In this document: in pieces, positions 1 to 10,049 of the stretch | Position numbering within the stretch: position 1 is the first letter of the stretch | Layout of the letters: each line of letters begins with the position of its first letter | DNA from: Planctomycetota bacterium | Lineage (GTDB): Bacteria; Planctomycetota; UBA1135; UBA2386 | Assembly (NCBI GenBank): GCA_965228735.1 | Contig: OZ245838.1 | Span: 4,608,001 to 4,672,000, forward strand | DNA length: 64,000 nucleotides | Direction of reading: 5' to 3' | Notes under the pieces: generated by a model | The model's input: the letters and a program-made list of their open reading frames with translations, nothing else | Database searches by the model: none | What the model was told of the DNA's origin: nothing | Made by a program: the position numbers and the translations under genes

Positions 1-190
1 CGAAACGACTGGTGAGTCTTGGCGTTCTCGAAACGGGCCGCTATTCCATTCGACCGACAAGGCTGCACGGCATCGGGATATGCTGTATTGGAAAGGGTCT
101 TGCCGCCACTTCTCGCCCCATCGGAATCGTGCGCCCGGCATGGCCTCACCAAGGATGAGCCCGCTCTAGAGTAACGTAAGGACTACACCG

Positions 191-451
191 TTGGACCGCG
201 ATACGACCAGCCAGATCGTCTCGATCCTGCTCGAACACGGCCGGCTCAGCCGCGACGCGGCGGAGTTGGAGCCGGAAGACAGCCTGTACGATGCCGGCAT
301 GACGTCCCACGCCAGTGTCAGCGTCATGTTGGCGTTGGAGGAGGCGTTCGACGTGGAGTTCCCTGATAGCATGCTCAGCCGGCGGGTCTTCGAGAGCATC
401 GGTTCCATCAGGGACGCTGTCGAGCAACTGATGACCAGTGCCCAGGGCTGA
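191..451 (+). CDS. Acyl/aminoacyl carrier protein
   Basis: 86 aa, acidic; LYDAGMTSHASVSVMLALEEAFDVEFP carries the phosphopantetheine Ser, of the type seen in amino acid:[carrier protein] ligase operons; TTG start after AAGGA. Confidence 0.88.
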   Translation: MDRDTTSQIVSILLEHGRLSRDAAELEPEDSLYDAGMTSHASVSVMLALEEAFDVEFPDSMLSRRVFESIGSIRDAVEQLMTSAQG

Positions 452-475
452 GGTGCCAAGGACCCGCGCCGTGCG

Positions 476-1639
476 ATGACCGCAACTTCGACATCGACTT
501 CCCTCGCCGGATCGGTTTCCAGGATCGCCCGGGACGTGGCAGCAAAGCACGCCGACTCCGTCGACGCGGAGGCGCGGTTCCCGCAGGAGACGATCGATGC
601 CCTGAAGGCCGCGGGCGCCCTCGGCGCTGCCGTTCCGAAGGAGTTCGGGGGCGCCGGCAGCAGCGTCGAAGACGTCACGCAGATGGCGCAGTCGCTCGGT
701 GAGAACTGCGCGGCGAGCGCGATGGTGTTCGCCATGCACCACATCCAGGTGGCGAGCATCGCGAATCACTGCGGTGAGAGCACCGAGCTGCGCGACTACC
801 TGCGCCGCGTCGCGAGCGAGCAACGCCTCATCGCGTCGGCGACGTCCGAGGTCGGACCGAGCGGCGACATGCGGCGCAGTGAGTGCGCCGTGGTTCGAAG
901 CGGCGACGGGTTCGAGGTCACGAAGCAGGCGACGACGATCAGCTACGGCAAGTTCGCCGATGATCTGCTCCTCACGGCGCGCCGCGATTCCGAAGCCGCG
1001 AGCAACGATCAGGTCGCGGTTCTCTGCGTCGACGGTGACTACACGATCGACACCAAGGGATCGTGGGACACGCTCGGCATGCGTGGGACCTGCTCCCCGG
1101 GCGGCGAGATCAAGGTGCGCGGCAAGGCCTGGCAGGTGATGCCCGCGTTCGGCGACATGGCCACCGAGACGATGGTGCCCTACTCGCACATCACCTGGGC
1201 CGGCCTCTGGCTCGGGATCGCGGTCGACGCGGTCAATCGGGCCCGCAAGGCCGTGCGTGGTGCCGCCCGCAAGAACGCCGGTGAAGTGCCGCTCGCGGCG
1301 ACCAACCTCGCCGACACGATGGAGAAGCTGAATCGGCTGAAGGCCGAGGTCTACATGGCCGCGCAGGAGCACGATCGGCTCATCGCGAACGACCGCGAGG
1401 CGCTTTCGAGCCTCGGGTACGCGCTCCGGATCAACACGCTCAAGCTGTCGGCATCGAAGCAGGTGCCCGAGATCGTGACCGAGGCGCTGCGCATCTGCGG
1501 CATCCGCGGCTACAAGAACGACTCGGAGTTCGCGCTCGGCCGTCACCTGCGCGATTCGCTGTCGGCGGCGTTGATGGTCAACAACGATCGATTGCGCGCC
1601 ACGAACGCCTCGCTCCTCTGCATCCACAAGGGCAGCTGA
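476..1639 (+). CDS. Acyl-CoA dehydrogenase family protein (probably acts on a carrier-bound substrate)
   Basis: 387 aa; FPQETIDALK..G, ATSE, WDTLGMRGT and C-terminal G..GY...RHLRD motifs; directly follows the carrier protein. Confidence 0.9.
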   Translation: MTATSTSTSLAGSVSRIARDVAAKHADSVDAEARFPQETIDALKAAGALGAAVPKEFGGAGSSVEDVTQMAQSLGENCAASAMVFAMHHIQVASIANHCGESTELRDYLRRVASEQRLIASATSEVGPSGDMRRSECAVVRSGDGFEVTKQATTISYGKFADDLLLTARRDSEAASNDQVAVLCVDGDYTIDTKGSWDTLGMRGTCSPGGEIKVRGKAWQVMPAFGDMATETMVPYSHITWAGLWLGIAVDAVNRARKAVRGAARKNAGEVPLAATNLADTMEKLNRLKAEVYMAAQEHDRLIANDREALSSLGYALRINTLKLSASKQVPEIVTEALRICGIRGYKNDSEFALGRHLRDSLSAALMVNNDRLRATNASLLCIHKGS

Positions 1640-1675
1640 GGCGCTGCCCCCCTCTCGCGCACACTCCCTTCGGCC

Positions 1676-2689
1676 GTGACTGAGAGTTCGGGCAACGTGA
1701 GTTCGGCTGCCGCCAGTGCGTCGGTCTGGTCGCTCGATGCAGCGACCTACGAGAACCACGCGCTGCACAAGAACGACCGCGATTGGCAGGAATCCAACTG
1801 CTACATCGATGTCTGGATCGAGGTGCTGCACGCGCTCGGGCTCGACGTCTACGCGAGCCTGCCGTTCACCCTCGCGAGCGACTTCGAGGACGATCAGTGG
1901 ACGTTCTACAAGCCGCCGCATACCGAGCTCGAGGAGCTCTACGGTCTCGATGTCCAGGAGCTGACACTCTGGCGTGATCTCGTGTCACACTGCGTGGAGC
2001 AGACGGCCGCGAAGAAGCTGGTCTTCGTCGAGATGGACGCGTTCCACCTCCCCGACGCCGAGGGCACGGACTACCACCAGCAGCACACGAAGTCGACGAT
2101 CGCCGTCGCGAGGATCGACGCCGAGAAGCGCACACTCGGCTACTTCCACAACACGAGCTACTACGAACTCGGCGGCGCCGACTTCGAAGGCGTCTTCAAC
2201 ACCGGCGAGCGGCCGGAGGGCTACCTGCCGCCGTACGCCGAGTGGGTTCGCATCGACAAGATGGTGCGCCGACCGGACGCGGAGCTCGTCCCGTTGTCGC
2301 TCGACCTCGCCCGCAAGCACCTCCGCCGCGCACCGACCGAGAACCCGCTCGAGAAGTTCGCGGAACGCTTTCCGCGCGATCTCGACTGGCTGCTCGAACG
2401 TGATCTCGCCGCGTATCACATGTACGTCTTCGCGGGCGTGCGGCAGTGCGGTTCGTCGTTCGACTTCGCGGCCCACTACCTGCGCTGGCTCGCCGCGCGC
2501 GGGCACCCGACGCTCGCCGAGCCGGCGGAGGAGCTCGCCATGATCTCGACCGGCTGCAAGGCGCTCATCCTCAAGCTCGCGCGCATCGTCAATCGCAAGA
2601 GGCCCAAGGACCTGACCCCGGACATCCGGGAACTGGCCGGTAACTGGGATCGGGCGATGAGCGCGCTGCGGACCCAGCTCGCGCAGTGA
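1676..2689 (+). CDS. DUF1839-like protein
   Basis: 337 aa; W.ESNCYIDVWIE, DFEDDQWTFYK, DAFHLPD..GTDY...HTKS motifs; recalled as the usual neighbour of ACP/ACAD/GH2. Confidence 0.75.
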   Translation: MTESSGNVSSAAASASVWSLDAATYENHALHKNDRDWQESNCYIDVWIEVLHALGLDVYASLPFTLASDFEDDQWTFYKPPHTELEELYGLDVQELTLWRDLVSHCVEQTAAKKLVFVEMDAFHLPDAEGTDYHQQHTKSTIAVARIDAEKRTLGYFHNTSYYELGGADFEGVFNTGERPEGYLPPYAEWVRIDKMVRRPDAELVPLSLDLARKHLRRAPTENPLEKFAERFPRDLDWLLERDLAAYHMYVFAGVRQCGSSFDFAAHYLRWLAARGHPTLAEPAEELAMISTGCKALILKLARIVNRKRPKDLTPDIRELAGNWDRAMSALRTQLAQ

Positions 2690-2720
2690 TCCGAGGCTGC
2701 GCGTCGGCTAGCGTTTTGGA

Positions 2721-5231
2721 ATGCGAGTCTCGCTGACCGAGGGTTGGATGTTCGCGGCGAGCGACGCCGGCATCGACGACCCGGCCGCGCCGGCGCTTGC
2801 GGACCTCGATTGGCGCGATGTGAGCGTGCCGGGAACCGTCGCATCGGCCCTGCGCGACCTCGGAGCCGGCGCCGATGACCGCGCAGCCATCGGCCGACGT
2901 GACCACTGGTTCCGGTGCCACTTCGCGCGACCCACGGAAAGCGCAGACGCGAGCATGAAGCTCGAGCTCGCCGGCCTCGCGTCGATCGCCGACGTCTGGC
3001 TCAACGGTGAGCACGTGCTGCACAGCGACTCGATGTTCGTCGCGCACGCCCTCGACGTCACGGATCGGCTGCAGGGCGACAACGAGCTCGTGCTGCGCTT
3101 CCATGCCCTGCTGCCGGCGCTCGGCAAGCGCCGACCGCGACCGCGGTGGCGCACGGCGCTCGTGAAGCCGCAGACGCTGCGCTACTTCCGCCAGACCCTG
3201 CTCGGGCACGTCACGGCGTGGTGTCCGGACACGATCGCGGTGGGTCCGTGGCGTGGCATCGATCTCGTCGTCGACGATGCCGTTGTCGTGCAGCGCCGCT
3301 CGGTGCGCACGAGCGTCGTCAACGGCACCGGTGTGGTCACCGTCATGCTCCAGCTGCAGCCGTGCGCGGGAACGGACCTGGACGGCGGCAGGCTCGTGGT
3401 CGGTGACCACACGGCCGAACTGGAGATCGCTCCCGGCGAGAACGGCGCGTCCGTCGCGGTCGCGCAGCTCGAGATCGCCGATGTGGAGCTGTGGTGGCCG
3501 CACACGCACGGCGGCCAGCCCCTCTATCCGGCAGCCGCCGAACTGCGCGCGGGCGGCGAGACGCTCGAGGTTCGACTCGGCAGTCTCGGCTTTCGAACGA
3601 TCGGCGAGCCGACGCTCGACCGCCCCGGCCTCGCCATCAACGGCGTCGAGATCCACGCGCGCGGCGCGTGTTGGACGACCCTCGACCTCGATCGCCTGTC
3701 TGCGGACCCCGAGGCCTACCGCGAAGCGCTCACGACGGCGCGCTATGGCGGTCTCAACATGCTGCGCGTCGGCGGCACGATGGTCTACGAGCACGACGCG
3801 TTCTATCGACTGTGCGACGAGCTCGGGATCCTCGTGTGGCAGGACTTCATGTTCGCCAACATGGACTATCCGATCGACGACCCGGAGTTTCGCGCGGCGA
3901 TCGAGCTCGAGAGCAAGCAGTTCCTCGAACGCACGCAGACCAGCTGCAGCCTCACGGTGCTGTGCGGCGGCAGCGAGGTCGAGCAGCAGGCCGCGATGCT
4001 CGGGCTGCCGCAGGAGGCCTGGTCCAACGAGTGGTTCGCGGCAGGCCTGCCGGCAATCTGCCGTGAGCTCCGGCCCGATCTGCCCTACTGGCCCTCGTCG
4101 CCGACCGGCGGCGAGCTGCCGTTCCACGTCGGGACCGGCATCGCGCACTACTTCGGCGTCGGCGCCTATCAGCGCCCGCTGGCCGACGCCCGGCTCAACG
4201 CGCCGCGGTTTGCGTCCGAGTGCCTCGCGTTCTCCAACGTGCCCGAACCCGAGAGCCTGCTCGAGCTCGGCGGCGGCGCCCTGCTCGGCCCGCACCACCC
4301 GGACTTCAAACGCGCGGTCGCGCGCGACCCCGGCACGGGCTGGGACTTCACCGACGTCACGGATCACTACGTCGAACGGCTGTTCGGCATCGATTCGCGT
4401 GACCTCCGATACGCCGACTGCGAGCGCTACTACCAGCACTGCCGGGTCGCGATCGGCGAGGTCCTCGCGACCACTGCCGGCCACTGGCGCGCCGCCGATT
4501 GCCGCAATCAGGGTGCCTTGATCTGGTTCTATCGCGACCTCGTGCTCGGCGCGGGCTGGGGCATCGTCGATGCCGCGGGGCGGCCCAAGAGCGCGTATCA
4601 CTACCTCCGACGCGCGTGGGCTCCGCGGGCCGTGTGGTTCGTCGACGATGGCCTCGATGGTCTGATCGCCCACGTCGCCAACGATGGCCCCGCACCGTTG
4701 ACCGCGAAACTGCAGGTTCGCGTCCTCGGACCGCGCGATGTGGTCACCGCCGAAGCCGAAACCGAGGTCGAGGTCGGGCCACACGCGCAGGCCGCGTTCG
4801 GCGTCGATCGACTCCTCGGCCGCTTCTGCGACACGACCTACTCCTATCGCTTCGGCCCGCGTGGTCACCACGTCATCGCCGTTCGCCTCGTGGAGGACGG
4901 CGCCGACGAGGCGATCGCGGAGGCGTGCTACTTCCCGAGCGAACTCCCGAGCGTGATGGACCCGGACGTTCGCGTGGAGGCCGAGGTCAGCGCGCAGCCC
5001 GCGGATGGTGACATCGAGATCTTCGACGTGACGTTCCGGTCGTCGCGGCTCTGCCAGGCCGTTGCGATCGATGCGCCGGGGTATCGCCCGAGCGACAACT
5101 ACTTCCACGTGCTGCCGGGCGCGCCGCGGACCGTTCGGCTCCGCGGCCGCGCCCCGCGCGGTCTGCGTGGGTTCGCGCAGCCGTTCAACTCGCCACACAC
5201 GGTTCGTCTGGTCGTTGCGCCAGACGCGTGA
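2721..5231 (+). CDS. Glycoside hydrolase family 2 (beta-mannosidase-like)
   Basis: 836 aa; ELWWPH, NMLRVGG...YE, CDELGILVWQDFMFA, LCGGSE, FASE motifs. Confidence 0.88.
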   Translation: MRVSLTEGWMFAASDAGIDDPAAPALADLDWRDVSVPGTVASALRDLGAGADDRAAIGRRDHWFRCHFARPTESADASMKLELAGLASIADVWLNGEHVLHSDSMFVAHALDVTDRLQGDNELVLRFHALLPALGKRRPRPRWRTALVKPQTLRYFRQTLLGHVTAWCPDTIAVGPWRGIDLVVDDAVVVQRRSVRTSVVNGTGVVTVMLQLQPCAGTDLDGGRLVVGDHTAELEIAPGENGASVAVAQLEIADVELWWPHTHGGQPLYPAAAELRAGGETLEVRLGSLGFRTIGEPTLDRPGLAINGVEIHARGACWTTLDLDRLSADPEAYREALTTARYGGLNMLRVGGTMVYEHDAFYRLCDELGILVWQDFMFANMDYPIDDPEFRAAIELESKQFLERTQTSCSLTVLCGGSEVEQQAAMLGLPQEAWSNEWFAAGLPAICRELRPDLPYWPSSPTGGELPFHVGTGIAHYFGVGAYQRPLADARLNAPRFASECLAFSNVPEPESLLELGGGALLGPHHPDFKRAVARDPGTGWDFTDVTDHYVERLFGIDSRDLRYADCERYYQHCRVAIGEVLATTAGHWRAADCRNQGALIWFYRDLVLGAGWGIVDAAGRPKSAYHYLRRAWAPRAVWFVDDGLDGLIAHVANDGPAPLTAKLQVRVLGPRDVVTAEAETEVEVGPHAQAAFGVDRLLGRFCDTTYSYRFGPRGHHVIAVRLVEDGADEAIAEACYFPSELPSVMDPDVRVEAEVSAQPADGDIEIFDVTFRSSRLCQAVAIDAPGYRPSDNYFHVLPGAPRTVRLRGRAPRGLRGFAQPFNSPHTVRLVVAPDA

Positions 5232-5336
5232 TTCGTGCCTGGCCGGCCCCGCGCCGGGCCCGCCTGCCTTTCTCGGGTGGAACTTCGAAGGCCCGCGTCT
5301 AGAGTCCCGGGCCTGGCTCGCTCGCCAGGACCATCG

Positions 5337-6113
5337 ATGATCACCTCCGAGGAACTCGAGCGAATCGTCCGCCGGCACCTGGAGACCGGGAAAGGGGGCG
5401 AGGAAGAACTACTGCATCAGCGCGACCGCGATCGCGGCGGTCTGGCCCGGCTCCGGACCGACTCCGGTGATCAGATCATCGTCAAGATCTGGCATACGCG
5501 CGGCTTCAAGGCCCGGCTGAAGCGAGCCCTCAAGCTGAGCAACGGGTGGCGGGAATGGCGGGTCCACAGCTCGGTGTTCGCCGCCGGGGTACCGACGCCT
5601 CGGCCGTTGGGCTACTGCCGATTCGATTCGTCTGCCGGGCGATTCGAAGCGATGGGCATCGAGGATCTCGGGTCCACGACCCGCGCGCTGTTCCACCTCA
5701 AGAACCTGATCGCCGAAGGTGCCGAGGATCAGGTCACGAGGCTCGAGGAGACCCTGATCCAGTTCACCGGCAAGATGGTCAACATGGGGCTCGTCGACGT
5801 GGATCACCAGCTCAACAACTTCCTGATCGACTCGCAGGGGGCCACGTACAGGGTCGATTTCGAATGCGCGCGACCCCGGCCCGCCAGCCGCGGGACCCGC
5901 TTGTTCGCTGAGATGTTGGCGCGCCTCATCGCCAGTCACGTGTATGCCGTGCAACCGGATACCCGTCGAACGGTTGAATTCGCGCGTAGGCTCTACGCCG
6001 CGCTGCAGATCGACGCGCCAATCCGGGCCATGATCGCCGCGAGCGTGCAGTTGAAGATGGACCATCAGCGGGCCGAGCACGGCGTGAATTCGGAAGTCTC
6101 GTTGCCTCTTTGA
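5337..6113 (+). CDS. Kdo/WaaP-like (LPS/sugar) kinase family protein
   Basis: IVK, E....VPTPRP, VDHQLNNFL, VDFE kinase-like motifs; start moved to ATG 5337 (MITSEE), preceded by AGGA. Confidence 0.65.
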   Translation: MITSEELERIVRRHLETGKGGEEELLHQRDRDRGGLARLRTDSGDQIIVKIWHTRGFKARLKRALKLSNGWREWRVHSSVFAAGVPTPRPLGYCRFDSSAGRFEAMGIEDLGSTTRALFHLKNLIAEGAEDQVTRLEETLIQFTGKMVNMGLVDVDHQLNNFLIDSQGATYRVDFECARPRPASRGTRLFAEMLARLIASHVYAVQPDTRRTVEFARRLYAALQIDAPIRAMIAASVQLKMDHQRAEHGVNSEVSLPL

Positions 6114-6610
6114 AGTTTTCGTGGCCGAGTCTGCGAATCGGTGCGTAGCGCCGCCGAGCGCTGGCCCGAATCCAGCTTCGGATCAGCAACTCGCCTCACG
6201 GATGGCGTCCCATGCGCGTGCTGAGGCGACTTGTCTCGTTTTCGCTCCTTCACAATCGCTTGGCGGACTTCCAATCATTGCGGCGTGGCGTTCACTTCGA
6301 CGCCATTGGGCGAGCTCTCGAGGTCCAGTCGTCGGGCTCGCGCCCTAGCGGCCTCGGGTGCCAACGTGATCGAGTCCGATCGCGGTGCTATGGTCCGCCT
6401 CCCTGCCGAGGGCCCCTTTCGGCTGCCGGAGGATCCGATGCTGTCGATTGCCTCACCGCTAGTCCCTGGCGGTGCTGTCTTGGAATGCGACAGCGCGTGT
6501 CTCGAACCGAGGCACTGTCGAACAAGCGAGCGAATGAGATTCAAGTCGGCCCAGCCTGCTCTCGATGACCAGCCAGCATCGCCGCGTTCGCAACTCGGAG
6601 AATCCTGAAC

Positions 6611-8920
6611 ATGACTACCTCATCGCAGCGCTGGACGACCGTCGCCGTCTTGTCGCTCTCGTTGCTCGTTTCTTGCGCCTCGGGTGAGCAGGACGGAACC
6701 GGCGCCGGCAACGAGCTTCAAGTCCTCACCGATGGACTCCCAGACGCGCTGGTCGGCTCCAGTTACTCCGCTGCGATCGAGGTTACCGGCGGTACTCCGG
6801 GCTACACGTTCACGGTGGTCGATGGCAGTCTGCCCACCGGTCTCGATTGGAACGACACGAGCGGCGCGATCTCGGGCGTGCCGTCGACTGCTGGTTCGTA
6901 TCAGTGCACGATCCAGGTCGAGGATAGCAGCGTTCCTCCACTGATCGCGCAGCAGGCCGTTTCGGTCAACGTCTACACGCCGGCTACCGCGCTGACCGTG
7001 CATTCGACCTCTCTTCCGGGAGCAACGCAGGGGGCCAACTACTTCTCGAGCGTATTGGTCTCGGGGGGCACTCCGCCCTACGGATTCTCGGTCTCGGCGG
7101 GCTCGCTTTCGCCTGGCCTCAACCTCGATACAGCAACCGGGGACGTGCTCGGCACGCCAACGTTGAGTGGCAGTTTCGCGTTCACTGTCACGGTGACGGA
7201 CAGTGCCAGTCCGGCTCAAGTCACCCACAGTGGCCTGTCTCTGGTGGTCGCGTCGAATGGCTCCAATCCGACGGCAACGTTCACCGCCAGCCGAACGACC
7301 GGTGTAGCGCCGCTGTCGATCTTCTTCGACGCGACGACGATCGCGAGTCCTCAGTACCCGCGGAAGTTCCATCACGTTCAATACAACTGGGACTTCTCCG
7401 ATCCGGGGTCGAGGCGTCCGACGGCAACGGGCCCGATGGCGGTGCACGTGTTCGAGGATCCGGGCACGTACGTGGTGACGTGTGTCGCCCTCGAGCCGGA
7501 TGGCACGCAGATCAACGAAGCGATGCTGATTCAGGTACAGGACCCGGACGTCGTGTTTGCCGGGACCGATACCATTTGCTTCTCCAACACCGCCAACTTT
7601 CCTGGGGCTCCGGTCGGCGCGAACCTGGTGACGACTAGTTCCTTCGACACAGCCCTCGCATACGCCGGCACAGGTAAGCGGTTGCTGTTCCGTCGCGGCC
7701 ACACGTTCTACAACTCGAGCACGCTCACGATCGATTCGCAGGGTCCGATGCTCGTCGGCGCGTTCGGGACCGGCACGAACCCAGACGTTCGTGGCATCTT
7801 CGGTAACAACCCGGTGATCGACGTGACTCACACGAGCGATGTGCTCGAGCTCGGTGACAACGGTTCGGAGTGCACGGACCTGCGCCTGATGGACCTGGAC
7901 TTCGATCCGCCCTCGGGCACCCCGCAGAAGCTCATCGGTGCCGCGTACCGCGTCGTGAACACGCTCGTGTATCGCATCAAAGCGGGCGAGTTCCGCCAGA
8001 TGGTGAGCTTGTCGGACGGGATCCCGAACTTTTATTCCATCGCGAATCACGATCTGACGACGATTGCCGACTGCCACTTCTGGGAAACCAGCGAGTACGG
8101 CGCTTACGTCTCCTCGAACCGTTCCGCGATTCTGGGGAGCCACTTCTTCTCGATCCCGACGGGCAGTGATCAGCACTTGATCCGGTTGCCCTGGGTCAAG
8201 AAGGGCATTATCGCCGGCAACTACATGCGGGGTGCTGCTCCGAACAAGAACTGCATCAAGCTGCATGCCCTGCCCTACACGGGTTCGGCGGCCCAGATTT
8301 CCGAAGACCTGATCATCGCGGACAACGAGATCCACACGACGACGGACTGGGGCGTCACGATCGGAACCGCGAGTTCATCTCGCGACGAACGGGTTCGTAA
8401 CGTCGTCGTCGAGCGAAACCAGTTCGTTTCCCACAACGGCAGTCAGGTCGACCTGGTCGTCAACTGTCCAGAGGTCACCGCTCGCAACAACGTGTTCGTG
8501 AACGACATCACCAATTCGCTCGGGCACTACTGCATCCGAGTCGCGCAGCGCGGACCCGGCCCGTCCCCGGCCAGCGTGGAGATCCTTCACAACACCGCCT
8601 ACACGACGAACAGCTCAATGCCGTCGATCGACCTCGTCAACGTCGGAACCCACGTGGGCGGCGCGGCCAAGGTTTGGAACAACTTGCTCTACGCTCCGAA
8701 TCTCCCGTCGTCGGCGATCGCTTCCGGGTCGGCGCCGATCGATTCGCAGGGCAACCTGCTGAACATCAACCCGCTGTTCGTCAACCCGTCGGCTTGGGAC
8801 CTCTCGTTGCAGGCGTCGTCGCCGGCGATCGGCATCGGCATCGTAGCTCCCGTGTTGGTGGACTACATGAACGATCCGCGCTCCGGAGCGGCGCCCGATG
8901 CCGGCGCCTACGAGTTCTAG
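6611..8920 (+). CDS. Lipoprotein with two Ig-like (He_PIG) repeats, a PKD domain and a beta-helix region
   Basis: Lipobox LLVSC; two LP....G..Y....GGTP.Y.F....GSL..GL repeats; PKD-like YNWDFSD..HVFEDPGTY; Asn-rich beta-helix-like C-half; C-terminal PLFVN..DL.L..SSPAI..PDAGAYEF; GGAG upstream. Confidence 0.8.
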   Translation: MTTSSQRWTTVAVLSLSLLVSCASGEQDGTGAGNELQVLTDGLPDALVGSSYSAAIEVTGGTPGYTFTVVDGSLPTGLDWNDTSGAISGVPSTAGSYQCTIQVEDSSVPPLIAQQAVSVNVYTPATALTVHSTSLPGATQGANYFSSVLVSGGTPPYGFSVSAGSLSPGLNLDTATGDVLGTPTLSGSFAFTVTVTDSASPAQVTHSGLSLVVASNGSNPTATFTASRTTGVAPLSIFFDATTIASPQYPRKFHHVQYNWDFSDPGSRRPTATGPMAVHVFEDPGTYVVTCVALEPDGTQINEAMLIQVQDPDVVFAGTDTICFSNTANFPGAPVGANLVTTSSFDTALAYAGTGKRLLFRRGHTFYNSSTLTIDSQGPMLVGAFGTGTNPDVRGIFGNNPVIDVTHTSDVLELGDNGSECTDLRLMDLDFDPPSGTPQKLIGAAYRVVNTLVYRIKAGEFRQMVSLSDGIPNFYSIANHDLTTIADCHFWETSEYGAYVSSNRSAILGSHFFSIPTGSDQHLIRLPWVKKGIIAGNYMRGAAPNKNCIKLHALPYTGSAAQISEDLIIADNEIHTTTDWGVTIGTASSSRDERVRNVVVERNQFVSHNGSQVDLVVNCPEVTARNNVFVNDITNSLGHYCIRVAQRGPGPSPASVEILHNTAYTTNSSMPSIDLVNVGTHVGGAAKVWNNLLYAPNLPSSAIASGSAPIDSQGNLLNINPLFVNPSAWDLSLQASSPAIGIGIVAPVLVDYMNDPRSGAAPDAGAYEF

Positions 8921-8998
8921 AAGCTGGGCCGACAAAGGGCGGCGGTCGAGCTTCTGGTCTATGCGCTGCCGCTGGTCGGGCTTGTGGCCACCGGACTC

Positions 8999-9829
8999 TC
9001 AGTTGGTCTTGATTCCGAGGATTGCGCGAGCGCGGTCTCGAAACTCGGTTCGCCTCTCCCGTGGAACCGCGAAGTAGTTCGTCGTTCTGCGCGGGTAGAT
9101 GTGGCTTTCGAGGAAGCCGTCCAGGCCGAGTCCGTCATCCTCATGCGCAACCCGGTTGGGTACCTGAATCGCGTAGTCGTGGCGTTCGAACTCTTCCCAG
9201 AGTCCGTTCTTTGTGAAGCCTAGAACTTCCGAGCTCGTCGGGCCGCTCTCGAACATGACGAGAGGGCGGCGGTTCCGAAGTAGTTCGGGAGCCCCTCTGA
9301 GGACACCGAGCTCGGCTCCTTCCACGTCGATCTTCACGACGTCGACGGCCTCGTTGCCGACCAGGTCGTCCAGTCGCTTCACGCCTACCTGGATCTCGGT
9401 AACGTCCGTGCCGGACTTGGAAGGCCGTCTCAACGAGTTGTAACCCGACCGGCGCCGATCGAGATGGAACGACGCGGTGCCGTCTTGTTCGCCGACCGCA
9501 CAGTCGTGGACCGTCGCGCGCGGAAAGCGCAAGCGCAGGCGCTTGGCCTTGTCGGGGGTGGCTTCGATCGCGATGACCCGAACGTCTGGACAGTGTGCCA
9601 AAACGGCCGCCGTGATCGACCCGATGTGAGCCCCCACGTCGACGAACACGCTCCCTGGCTTCGGCAGACGAACTACGAGCGAAGTGGAGATCTCGTCGTT
9701 AGCGTGGGTGCCAACGGCTTCTCGGTTCCGGATCGCGGCATGCGTAAGCTCCAGTATCCCTCTCGCCGTGCTCAGCCACCGACCGAACGGTGTCGTCAAG
9801 ATGCGCTGCTTCAGGCCTTGGACGATCAC
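8999..9829 (-). CDS. FkbM family methyltransferase
   Basis: FVDVGAHIG and VVKIDVEGAELGVLRGA motifs. Confidence 0.9.
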   Translation of the reverse strand: MIVQGLKQRILTTPFGRWLSTARGILELTHAAIRNREAVGTHANDEISTSLVVRLPKPGSVFVDVGAHIGSITAAVLAHCPDVRVIAIEATPDKAKRLRLRFPRATVHDCAVGEQDGTASFHLDRRRSGYNSLRRPSKSGTDVTEIQVGVKRLDDLVGNEAVDVVKIDVEGAELGVLRGAPELLRNRRPLVMFESGPTSSEVLGFTKNGLWEEFERHDYAIQVPNRVAHEDDGLGLDGFLESHIYPRRTTNYFAVPRERRTEFRDRARAILGIKTN

Positions 9830-10049
9830 GGCACGTTCGGGTGGGGTGGATGCTGGCCCGACACGAAGGAGGTTACTTCATGCCGGGAGGCTGGGCTGGC
9901 GAAACCTACGTTCCTCAGATCAGGGGGTCCAGAATCCTCTGGTCGAAGCTGCGCGTTAGGTGGCGCGATCGGAGTCGGACGACGTCGCGGGGTCCGCATC
10001 GTCTGATTTCGGGATTGACTTGCACGATGAAGTGGGAGGATGACGCGAC

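Noticed and set aside
146..5378. Long minus-strand ORFs 146-1921 (591 aa) and 2589-5378 (929 aa)
   Set aside because: Antisense shadows of motif-bearing plus-strand genes; typical of high-GC codon bias; no recognisable motifs
6121..6608. Short ORFs in the gap before the lipoprotein (e.g. 6231-6608)
   Set aside because: No motifs, several overlapping frames and weak codon bias; more likely regulatory or non-coding
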